A stretch of 63,392 nucleotides of DNA from an uncultured Mycobacterium sp. (GTDB taxonomy: Bacteria; Actinomycetota; Actinomycetes; Mycobacteriales; Mycobacteriaceae): contig CAYNLB010000006.1 of NCBI GenBank assembly GCA_964397935.1, positions 1 to 63,392 on the forward strand. The letters run 5' to 3'. Both the position numbers and the translations under genes were made by a program. The first letter of the stretch is position 1, and every line of letters starts with the position of its first letter. The notes under the pieces were generated by a model. It saw only the letters and a program-made list of their open reading frames with translations. It was not told where the DNA came from and searched no databases. This document shows, one piece after another, positions 19,907-28,331 of this stretch.

Positions 19907-20520
19907 CCGGCCTCACGGAACTGGCGGCGCCCGAGCACACCGCGATCGTTACCCAGGAGTGCCAGGGGGCGGTCATCGGTCCGCATGCCGGGCTGGCGCT
20001 GCTCGCCGAGGAAGCACGTCGCGTTGCCCTGCCCAACATCGTGCGGTTGCTGCCGGCCGCCCGGGCGGCGGGCGTGCGCGTGGTGCACTGCCTGGTGCAG
20101 CGACGCCCAGACGGGCTGGGCTCCAACCACAACGCCAAGATCTTCGCCATCGGACGCGGCGACGTGCAGATCGCTCCCGGCACCCCCGGAGCGTCCCTGC
20201 TGCCGGAATTAGGCCCTGAGCCAAGCGATTTGGTGCTCAGCCGCTGGCACGGCGTCGGGCCGATGGGCGGCACGGACCTGGATGCGGTGCTGCGGAACCT
20301 CGGGGTGTCCACCATTGTCGTGGTCGGCGTTTCGCTGAACATCGCGATCCCAAACGTCGTGATGGATGCCGTCAACTCCGCTTACCGGGTGATCGTTCCC
20401 CGTGATGCCGTTGCCGGCATACCCGCCGAGTACGGTGCCGCGGTCATCGCCAACACGCTGTCGCTGCTGGCGACCATCACCAGCACCGACGAGCTACTAG
20501 AGGCGTGGACGCGACGATGA
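19903..20520 (+). CDS. Isochorismatase-fold (cysteine hydrolase family) protein
   Basis: HTAIVTQECQ, GTDLDAVLRNLGV, YRVIVPRDAVAG; ATGA overlaps at both ends. Confidence 0.85.
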   Translation: MTGLTELAAPEHTAIVTQECQGAVIGPHAGLALLAEEARRVALPNIVRLLPAARAAGVRVVHCLVQRRPDGLGSNHNAKIFAIGRGDVQIAPGTPGASLLPELGPEPSDLVLSRWHGVGPMGGTDLDAVLRNLGVSTIVVVGVSLNIAIPNVVMDAVNSAYRVIVPRDAVAGIPAEYGAAVIANTLSLLATITSTDELLEAWTRR

Positions 20521-21146
20521 CCGACACCGCACCCGATGCACTCGAACAGCCTCGAGGGGGCTTTCCCGAAATCACGCCAACCCATGCGCCGCCGGGGCTG
20601 GGCCGGTTCGTCGCCGCGCTGCGCCGCCTGCAAGATCTGACCGTTTCCACCAACCCGGATAGTTCCCTGTGGACCACCGCGGCCCGGCGCGTCGAAGACG
20701 CGTGCGCGTTACTGGACGGCCACCAGGCTCCGGAAGGGGTCCCGCCGGCCGGCCGGGTCATCGAGCTGCCGGGACTGGGCCATCCCCTGATGCCGCCGTG
20801 GCACGTCACCGAATCCGGACCGGCCGGCGTCACCATGCACGGACATTTCACCCGATCCCATGTGGGCGGAAACAACGCAGTGCACGGCGGCATGATTCCG
20901 CTGTTCTATGACTGGCTGTTCGGGATGGTGGTCTCTACGGCCGGCACCCCGCCCACTCGCACGGGGTACCTGCACGTCGACTATCGCAATGTCACTCCGA
21001 TCGACCAGCCACTGACCGCAAACGGCCGCATCACCGATATCGACGGCAGGAAGATCTTCATCTCCGCTACGATGACGGCCGCCGATGGCACGCTGCTCAC
21101 CGAAGCCGGCGGCCTGATGGTCCGACTGCTCCCCCACCAGCCTTGA
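20517..21146 (+). CDS. PaaI-family hot-dog thioesterase
   Basis: HVGGNNAVHGG, TGYLHVDYR..TPI, GRKIFI. Confidence 0.87.
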   Translation: MTDTAPDALEQPRGGFPEITPTHAPPGLGRFVAALRRLQDLTVSTNPDSSLWTTAARRVEDACALLDGHQAPEGVPPAGRVIELPGLGHPLMPPWHVTESGPAGVTMHGHFTRSHVGGNNAVHGGMIPLFYDWLFGMVVSTAGTPPTRTGYLHVDYRNVTPIDQPLTANGRITDIDGRKIFISATMTAADGTLLTEAGGLMVRLLPHQP

Positions 21147-21154
21147 GAGGCAAG

Positions 21155-22819
21155 ATGCCGGATACCGCAACAGAATTCACCGTACCCGCCGTCGCGAAGG
21201 CGGTGGCGGCCGCGATTCCCGATCGCGACCTCTTGATCCAGGGCGACCGGCGTTGCAGCTATGCACAGGTGATCGAGCGGTCGACCCGTCTTGCCGCATA
21301 TCTGCACTCCCGTGGGTTGGGCTGCCACACCGAGCGGTCCGCGCTGGCCGGCCACGAGGTGGGGCAGGACCTACTCGGCATCTACGCCTACAACGGAAAC
21401 GAATACGTCGAGTCGTTGCTCGGCGCGTTCGGAGCCCGGGTCGCCCCGTTCAACGTCAACTTCCGGTATGTCAAGAGCGAGCTGCAGTACCTTCTCGCCG
21501 ACTCAGGAGCAACCGCACTCATCTACCATGCCGCCTTCGCGCCGCGGGTGGCCGAGATCCTTCCGGATCTTCCGCAGCTGCGCGTGCTCATCCAGATCGC
21601 CGACGACTCGGGCAACGAGTTACTGGACTGCGCAGTCGATTACGAGACTGCCCTGGCATCCGTTTCGGCGGACCCACCACCGGTGAGCCACTCGCCCGAT
21701 GACTTGTACGTCCTGTACACCGGCGGCACCACCGGGATGCCGAAGGGCGTGTTGTGGCGCCAGCACGACATCTTCATGACGTCCTTCGGCGGGCGCAACC
21801 TGATGACCGGCGAGCCCGCGCAGTCCGTCGACGAGATCGTGGCGCGGACGACTGCGGGCCCGGGCGCCAAGCTGATGATTTTGCCGCCGCTGATGCACGG
21901 CGCCGCCCAGTGGAGTGTGATGACGGCAATCACGACCGGGCAGTCCGTCGTCTTCGGATCGGTCGTCGATCATTTGGACGCGGAAGACGTTGTCCGCACC
22001 ATCGAGCGTGAGCGGGTAGCGGTCGTGACCGTGGTCGGTGACGCGATGGCGCGCCCGTTGGTGGCCGCCATCGAGAAGGGCGTCAAGGAAGGGGGGGTCG
22101 ACGTGTCGTCGTTGGGCGTGGTTGCCAACGGCGGCGCCTTGCTGACCCCGTTCGTCAAGCAACGGTTGATCGAAGCGCTGCCCACCGCCGTCGTCGTGGA
22201 CGGCGTCGGATCCTCGGAGACCGGGGCGCAGATGCACCACATGTCCACGCCGGGGGCGGTGTCGACCGGTACGTTCAACGCCGGCCCGGATACGTTCGTC
22301 GCCGCGGAAGACCTGACCGCCATCCTGCAACCAGGTCACGACGGTATCGGCTGGCTGGCGCAGCGCGGCTACGTTCCGCTGGGCTACAAGGGCGACGCAC
22401 CCAAGACCGCGGCGACGTTCCCGGTGATCGACGGCGTGCGGTACGCGGTGCCGGGTGACCGCGCACGTCACCACGCCAACGGCAACATCGAATTGCTGGG
22501 CCGCGATTCGGTGACGATCAATTCCGGCGGCGAGAAGATCTTCGCCGAGGAAGTCGAAACCGCGATCGCGTCGCATCCCGCGGTGGCCGACGTGGTGGTC
22601 GCCGGGCGGCCGAGCGAGCGGTGGGGTCAGGAGGTCGTCGCCATCGTGGCGCCGGCCGAGGCCGGCCGCACCGACGCCGACGAGCTGATCGCACATGCCG
22701 CGCAATCCTTGGCGCGCTACAAACTTCCGAAGGCGATAGTCTTCCGCCCGGTCATCGAGCGGAGCCCCTCGGGTAAGGCCGACTACCGCTGGGCGCGTGC
22801 GCAGGCGGTGGACGGCTGA
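21155..22819 (+). CDS. Acyl-CoA synthetase (FadD19-like)
   Basis: YTGGTTGMPKG, GSSETG, INSGGEKIFAEEVE, SPSGKADY. Confidence 0.92.
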   Translation: MPDTATEFTVPAVAKAVAAAIPDRDLLIQGDRRCSYAQVIERSTRLAAYLHSRGLGCHTERSALAGHEVGQDLLGIYAYNGNEYVESLLGAFGARVAPFNVNFRYVKSELQYLLADSGATALIYHAAFAPRVAEILPDLPQLRVLIQIADDSGNELLDCAVDYETALASVSADPPPVSHSPDDLYVLYTGGTTGMPKGVLWRQHDIFMTSFGGRNLMTGEPAQSVDEIVARTTAGPGAKLMILPPLMHGAAQWSVMTAITTGQSVVFGSVVDHLDAEDVVRTIERERVAVVTVVGDAMARPLVAAIEKGVKEGGVDVSSLGVVANGGALLTPFVKQRLIEALPTAVVVDGVGSSETGAQMHHMSTPGAVSTGTFNAGPDTFVAAEDLTAILQPGHDGIGWLAQRGYVPLGYKGDAPKTAATFPVIDGVRYAVPGDRARHHANGNIELLGRDSVTINSGGEKIFAEEVETAIASHPAVADVVVAGRPSERWGQEVVAIVAPAEAGRTDADELIAHAAQSLARYKLPKAIVFRPVIERSPSGKADYRWARAQAVDG

Positions 22820-23307
22820 TGATGTCGTTGCTTCAGCAGAACGAGATACTGACTGCGTCGATCGAGGTGCGGGCCTCTGCGGACCAGGTGTAGGACCACA
22901 AGATTGAGCGGAAAGTTCCACGGACCGATGATCCCGACCACCCCCAGCGGAGCGGGTTGAACCTCGGCGCGCAGGCCGCACAGCCGCGCCACGGGCATGA
23001 GTTTGGTCGGCCGCATCCATTGTGGAACATGCGATCTCGTGTGCTCGATGACCGAAACCATGCCGATGACCTCTGTGAACAGCGTCGCGGCCTTGGATCT
23101 GGTGCCGAAATCGGCGGCCACGGCGTCGACAAAGGCGTCGGTGTTGTCCAAGACGAGCGCCATCAGCCGATCAATGCGGTTACGCCGCACATCCGCACCG
23201 GGCGGACCGTCGCTCGTGAAGGCGCGCCGCTGACGATCCAAGATCGCGTTGAGCGCTGCCCGCTGCTGTTCGATGGTGCCGCCGGCGCGTTCATCGAGTG
23301 TGCTCAT
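22783..23307 (-). pseudogene. Truncated aldehyde dehydrogenase (coniferyl-aldehyde dehydrogenase type)
   Basis: ALDH N-terminus up to PLGVVGIIGPWNFP, then homology ends; catalytic Glu/Cys region missing. Confidence 0.8.
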
Positions 23308-23365
23308 GACTCACCTCATGCGTGCGGGCCGGCGATCAACTTCTCACGAACGCGCCCATATTGTC

Positions 23366-23384
23366 TACTGTAAGAATTACAGTA
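23366..23384. promoter_or_regulatory. Putative 19-bp cluster operator, copy 4, perfect palindrome (TACTGTAA-GAA-TTACAGTA)
   Basis: Perfect 8-bp inverted repeat with a 3-bp spacer in an AT-rich divergent promoter. Confidence 0.8.
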
Positions 23385-23435
23385 CGATCTTACGCAACGT
23401 CATTTTGTTCATGCTGAAGATGCTGGAGACCTAGG

Positions 23436-24647
23436 TTGACGACCAACGTGCACACCGGCACCGACGACCAGACCGTCAGCCTGCGTGACCCCTACCCGTT
23501 CTTTGCCCACAAGCGCCGGCAGGCCGGCGTGTTCCATGGCACCGTCATGGATTACTCCAAGACGCCCGAGTCCCTGATGCCCAAGCGTGAGTACTCCGCG
23601 GTGTCGTTCGACGCGGTGAACAAGGTCTTTCGCGACGGCCGCGTATTCAGCTCCAAGCCGTACGACAAAACCATTGGCCTGTTCATGGGGCCGACCATTT
23701 TGGCGATGGACGGCAAAAAGCACCGGGACCACCGCAACCTGGTGTCGGCGGCATTCAAGTCCAAGGCGCTGGCCCGCTGGGAGCCCACGATCGTCCGGCC
23801 GATCTGCAAAGCGTTGATCGACGAGTTCATCCACAACGGCGAGGCCGACCTGGTCCGGAATTTCACCTTCGAGTTCCCCACCCGCGTCATCGCCCAGCTA
23901 TTGGGGCTGCCGGCCGACGACCTACCGATGTTCCGGAAGCGCGCCGTGCAGTTGATCAGCTATCACGTCAACTACGAACGCGCCTTCGAGGCATCGGCGG
24001 CGCTCAAGGACTACTTCCTGGTCCAGATAGAGCAGCGCAAGTCCAAGCCCACCGAGGACATCATCGGGGACCTGGTCACCGCGGAGATCGACGGCGAAAA
24101 GCTCAGCGACGAAGCCATTTACTCCTTCCTGCGGCTGCTGTTGCCCGCCGGGCTGGAGACCACCTACCGGTCGTCGGGAAACCTGCTGTATCTGCTGCTC
24201 ACGCACCCGGACCAGTTCGCCGCGGTGCAAGCCGATCACCAGCTGATCCCCCAGGCAATCGAGGAAGGGTTGCGCTTCGAGACGCCGCTGACCACCGTGC
24301 AGCGATTCACCACCAAAGACACCGAGCTGGACGGGGTCACGATCCCGGCACGCTCGGTAGTCGGTGTGTGCATGGGTTCGGCGAATCGGGACGAGCACCG
24401 CTGGGAACGTTCGGAGGAATTCGACATCTTCCGCAAGCAAATCCCGCACATCTCCTTCGCCGCCGGTGAACATACGTGTTTAGGTCTTCACCTGTCGCGG
24501 ATGGAAACCCGCGTCGCACTGGAATGCTTGCTCAATCGGCTGACCAACATCACCCTGCTGACCGACGGTGACGCTCAAGACCCCCACATCCACGGTCAGC
24601 CCTTCCGCTCGCCGACGGCACTTCCGGTGACGTTCGACGCCAAGTAG
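23436..24647 (+). CDS. Cytochrome P450 (paralog of 5614-6840)
   Basis: LLLPAGLETTYRSSGNLLYLLLTHP identical to the first P450; FAAGEHTCLG. Confidence 0.95.
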   Translation: MTTNVHTGTDDQTVSLRDPYPFFAHKRRQAGVFHGTVMDYSKTPESLMPKREYSAVSFDAVNKVFRDGRVFSSKPYDKTIGLFMGPTILAMDGKKHRDHRNLVSAAFKSKALARWEPTIVRPICKALIDEFIHNGEADLVRNFTFEFPTRVIAQLLGLPADDLPMFRKRAVQLISYHVNYERAFEASAALKDYFLVQIEQRKSKPTEDIIGDLVTAEIDGEKLSDEAIYSFLRLLLPAGLETTYRSSGNLLYLLLTHPDQFAAVQADHQLIPQAIEEGLRFETPLTTVQRFTTKDTELDGVTIPARSVVGVCMGSANRDEHRWERSEEFDIFRKQIPHISFAAGEHTCLGLHLSRMETRVALECLLNRLTNITLLTDGDAQDPHIHGQPFRSPTALPVTFDAK

Positions 24648-24657
24648 GGTCCCCAAA

Positions 24658-25884
24658 ATGGTCAAGGTAATGGCGGGCTTTCGGGTCCTGGAGCTTGCGC
24701 AATTCACGTTCGTCCCGGCGGCGGGAGCCATCCTCGCCGATTGGGGCGCCGATGTCATCAAAGTCGAACACCCGCTGCGCGGCGACACGCAACGCGGCTT
24801 CATCAACATGGGTGGCATCCAGATCGACCCGGAGCGGCATCCGCTGATGGAGCATCCCAACCGGGGCAAGCGCAGCGTCGGGATCGACGTCTCCACGCCG
24901 GGCGGCCGGGAAGTGATCTACGAACTCGCCAGGACCTCGGACGTTTTCCTCACCAACTACATGCCGGCGCAGCGGCAGAAGCACAAGTTCGACCTGGAGC
25001 ACATCCGCGCGGTGAACCCGGACATCGTGTATGCCCGCGGTTCCGCGTACGGCGACAAAGGCGCCGAGCGTAACGTCGGTGGGTACGACGGAACGGCATT
25101 CTGGACGCGCAGCGGCATCGGCTACGCGTTGACGCCGGAAGAGCTGGGCGGCGCACTGGGGCAAGGTATCCCCGCCTTCGGCGACTCCATCGGGGGCATG
25201 TTCATCGCCGGTGGCATCTCGGCCGCACTGCTGCACCGCGAACGCACCGGCGAGGCTCTCGAGCTCGATGTGTCGTTGTTGAGCACAGCCTGGTGGGCGG
25301 CGGGCGCAAGCGTGACACAGGGCATGGAGACCGGCGAGGTCATGCGCACGCCCATGCCGGGGTCCGGCGCGCCGTCGGTGAATCCCTTTATGGGCAACTA
25401 CGAAACCTCCGACGGCGGCACCATCAACCTGTGCATCATCAGCCCGACCGGGTTGATCCGCGACACGTTCGAGCACCTCGGCATCCCCGAGGCAGCCGAC
25501 GACCCCCGGTTCGCCGACGTATTGCCGCTGATCCAAAATGCAGATGCAGCGGCGGCATTGATCACAAAAGCCATCGCCGGCAAGCCTTTCGACTACTGGC
25601 GGCAACACCTGAAGACCATGAAGGGTCAATGGGCCCCGTTCCAGAGCCTCCTCGACCTGGTCGACGATGAGCAGGCCCTTGCCAACGACATGATCACCGA
25701 AGTCGAGCTCGCCGGCGGCGGAAAGCCTTTCCGTGTCGTGCGCGGCCCAGTCCAGTTCAACCATGAGCCGCTGGCGACGACGCGGGCACCGCAGGCCTCC
25801 GAACACACCGAGCTCGTCCTGATGGAGCTCGGCTTGGACTGGGACCACATCGCCGAACTCAAGGAGTCGGGAGCGATCGCATGA
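24658..25884 (+). CDS. CaiB/BaiF class III CoA transferase
   Basis: LADWGADVIKVE, NRGKRS, GYD, FGD. Confidence 0.92.
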   Translation: MVKVMAGFRVLELAQFTFVPAAGAILADWGADVIKVEHPLRGDTQRGFINMGGIQIDPERHPLMEHPNRGKRSVGIDVSTPGGREVIYELARTSDVFLTNYMPAQRQKHKFDLEHIRAVNPDIVYARGSAYGDKGAERNVGGYDGTAFWTRSGIGYALTPEELGGALGQGIPAFGDSIGGMFIAGGISAALLHRERTGEALELDVSLLSTAWWAAGASVTQGMETGEVMRTPMPGSGAPSVNPFMGNYETSDGGTINLCIISPTGLIRDTFEHLGIPEAADDPRFADVLPLIQNADAAAALITKAIAGKPFDYWRQHLKTMKGQWAPFQSLLDLVDDEQALANDMITEVELAGGGKPFRVVRGPVQFNHEPLATTRAPQASEHTELVLMELGLDWDHIAELKESGAIA

Positions 25885-25916
25885 ACTGCGGCGGTGGAGG
25901 GGAGCGGCGCTCATGA
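25881..25916 (+). other. 11-codon mini-ORF bridging two genes through ATGA overlaps (MIRU-like remnant)
   Basis: ATG AAC TGC GGC GGT GGA GGG GAG CGG CGC TCA TGA; its ATG overlaps the upstream stop and its TGA overlaps the downstream start. Confidence 0.55.
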
Positions 25917-27058
25917 ATGACGTGGCCATCATCGGAGTGGGTCTGCACCCGTTCGGTCGTTTCGAGGGTAAAACCGCGATGGCGATGGGGGCCGACGCGA
26001 TCTTTGCCGCGGTCGCCGATGCCGGCGTCGCGTGGAAGGACGTCGAGTTCGCCACCGGCGGCAGCTGGACGGTAGCCAACCCGGACGCGATCGTCGCCAT
26101 GGTCGGTCTCACCGGCATCCCATTCACCAATGTGTTCAACGCGTGCGCGACCGCGGCCAGCGCGGTCAAGGCCTGCGCCGACGGGATTCGTTTGGGCGAC
26201 TATGACATCGGCATCGCCGTCGGCCTCGACAAGCATCCGCGCGGGGCATTCACCGAGGATCCGGCACTGGTGGGTATGCCGAGGTGGTACGCGGAAAACG
26301 GCCAGTACCTGACCACCAAGTTCTTCGGTATGAAAGCGAACCGCTATCTGCACGACCACAACATCTCTCAGGAGACCCTCGCCAAAGTAGCGGCCAAGAA
26401 CTTCCGCAACGGGGCATTGAATCCGAACGCGTTCCGTCGCAAGCCGATATCCGAAGACGACATTCTCAGCTCGCCGATACTGAACTATCCCCTCACCCAG
26501 TACATGTTTTGCGCACCCGACGAAGGTGCCGCAGCGGTGGTGATGTGCAGGGCCGATATCGCGCAGCGCTACACCTCCAAACCCGTCTATCTGCGGGCAG
26601 TGGAGGCTCGCACCCGGCGGTACGGTGCCTACGAGGTCAACACGACCTTCGCACCAGTCGAAGAGGATCTCGCGCCGACGGTATACGCGGCGCGTGCCGC
26701 GTTCGAGAAAGCCGGCGTGGCTCCCGCCGACGTCGACGTGATCCAGCTGCAGGACACCGACGCCGGCGCCGAAATCATCCACATGGCCGAGTGCGGTTTC
26801 TGCGCACACGGCGATCAGGAAAAACTGCTGGCCGACGGCGCAACCGAGATCGGCGGCCCGATGCCCGTCAACACCGATGGGGGGCTGATCGCCAACGGTG
26901 AGCCGATCGGTGCCTCCGGACTGCGCCAAATCCACGAAATCGTCCGCCAGCTCCGCGGTGAGGCGGGCGATCGTCAGGTCGCCGGGAACCCCAGGGTCGG
27001 GTTCACCCAGCTATACGGCGCCCCCGGCACCGCCGCGGCAACCGTCCTGACGACCTGA
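25913..27058 (+). CDS. Thiolase of the SCP-x/lipid-transfer-protein (Ltp) type
   Basis: NACATA, PDEGAAAVV, NTDGGL..GEPIGASG. Confidence 0.9.
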   Translation: MNDVAIIGVGLHPFGRFEGKTAMAMGADAIFAAVADAGVAWKDVEFATGGSWTVANPDAIVAMVGLTGIPFTNVFNACATAASAVKACADGIRLGDYDIGIAVGLDKHPRGAFTEDPALVGMPRWYAENGQYLTTKFFGMKANRYLHDHNISQETLAKVAAKNFRNGALNPNAFRRKPISEDDILSSPILNYPLTQYMFCAPDEGAAAVVMCRADIAQRYTSKPVYLRAVEARTRRYGAYEVNTTFAPVEEDLAPTVYAARAAFEKAGVAPADVDVIQLQDTDAGAEIIHMAECGFCAHGDQEKLLADGATEIGGPMPVNTDGGLIANGEPIGASGLRQIHEIVRQLRGEAGDRQVAGNPRVGFTQLYGAPGTAAATVLTT

Positions 27059-27063
27059 CGATT

Positions 27064-27126
27064 CACCGAACGTGCAATGTCTGTGACGACACGCCGATTG
27101 CGGTCGCAGTGATCACACGTTCGGTG
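27064..27126. repeat. REP-like inverted-repeat element or terminator between convergent operons
   Basis: CACCGAACGTG (27064-27074) and CACGTTCGGTG (27116-27126) are perfect 11-bp arms. Confidence 0.7.
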
Positions 27127-27131
27127 CTGGC

Positions 27132-28331
27132 CTAACTCACTTTCTGAGCCACCGGTGCATAGGCCGGCTTGCCCAGGCCGAGCACGTACTGCGCGATCAT
27201 GTTGCGGAACACCTCCAGGGTGCCGCCGTAGATCCCGACCAACGGTGCGAACCGGAATGTGTACTCCGAGGCGCCGTCGTCGGCCGCTCCGTCGGTGCCG
27301 ATCGGCAGCGTGGACGCCGTGCCGAGGAGATCCATCAGGTCCGGTGAGATGTCGCGCATCGTCTGCGCGAGGGCGACGCGACCGAAGATGCTGGGCGCGC
27401 TCAGTGCCGCCTCCATCCGGGCGGCGCTGCGGCCCAATCGGTATGCCACCGATGAGTCGTCAATGAGCCTGCACCCCGTGAGATCCTGCCGCGAGGCTTT
27501 GTCCGCCGCCTTGTCGAGGGCATCGGCCATGAAACCGGCCTGGTGCATCATGATCGACACGTCCTGCAGCCCGTCGGGAGCGGCCGCCACCGCACCGTGC
27601 TCGACGTTGAGCGGCTCGCGCAGCACCGTCCAGCCGCCATTCACGTCGCCGAGGCGATACTTGTCGTCGACACGCACATCGCTGTAGTAAACGATGTTGG
27701 TGCGGTCGCCGTCGACGGTACGGATGCCCTGAATCTCGATGCCCTCCGAGTTCAGCGGAACCAGAAACATCGTCAGGCTTTTGTGCTTCCCGGCGGCCGG
27801 GTCGGTGTTGGTGATGAGGAAGACATACTGGCAGTTGTGCGCTCCCGTGGTGAACATCTTGGAGCCATTGATGACCCAGCTCGATCCATTCGCCTCGCGC
27901 ACAGCACGGGTCTTGCAGGTGGCCACATCGGACCCGCCTTCGGGTTCGGTGTAGCCCAGGCACAACCGGACGTGCCCACTGAAAACCCCCGGAAGCACCT
28001 CGTCCCGCAGTTCGTCGGAGCCGAACTTCGCTACCGAGCGGGCCACCATGGCGGTGGTGCCCCAGGTAACCCAGGGCACGTGCGCGCGCCGCTTCTCCAG
28101 TTCCCAGATGCGGCGCCGCACCCTGCTGAAGCCGCCCTCGGCCTCCGGCTTCCACTCGCGCTCGAGGTAGCCGGCGGCGCCCAGCGCCAAGTGCACGCCT
28201 TCGTCGAAGTTGTCGCCGGTTTCTCGGTCGCGGCGCTTGACGTCGTCGGTCACATGCGTGCGCAGGAAATCGCGGGCCTGCTCGAGGAAATCCTGATCCT
28301 CAGCCGACAGCATGACTCGTGAGAAATCCAC
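27132..28331 (-). CDS. Acyl-CoA dehydrogenase (FadE26-like subunit)
   Basis: GYTEPEGGSD, INGSKMFTT, IYGGTLEV. Confidence 0.92.
   Translation of the reverse strand: MDFSRVMLSAEDQDFLEQARDFLRTHVTDDVKRRDRETGDNFDEGVHLALGAAGYLEREWKPEAEGGFSRVRRRIWELEKRRAHVPWVTWGTTAMVARSVAKFGSDELRDEVLPGVFSGHVRLCLGYTEPEGGSDVATCKTRAVREANGSSWVINGSKMFTTGAHNCQYVFLITNTDPAAGKHKSLTMFLVPLNSEGIEIQGIRTVDGDRTNIVYYSDVRVDDKYRLGDVNGGWTVLREPLNVEHGAVAAAPDGLQDVSIMMHQAGFMADALDKAADKASRQDLTGCRLIDDSSVAYRLGRSAARMEAALSAPSIFGRVALAQTMRDISPDLMDLLGTASTLPIGTDGAADDGASEYTFRFAPLVGIYGGTLEVFRNMIAQYVLGLGKPAYAPVAQKVS

Noticed and set aside
23366-23384. Resemblance of the palindrome to an E. coli LexA SOS box
   Set aside because: Spacing is CTGT-N7-ACAG rather than N8, the mycobacterial SOS box is TCGAAC-N4-GTTCGA, and no repair genes are adjacent.
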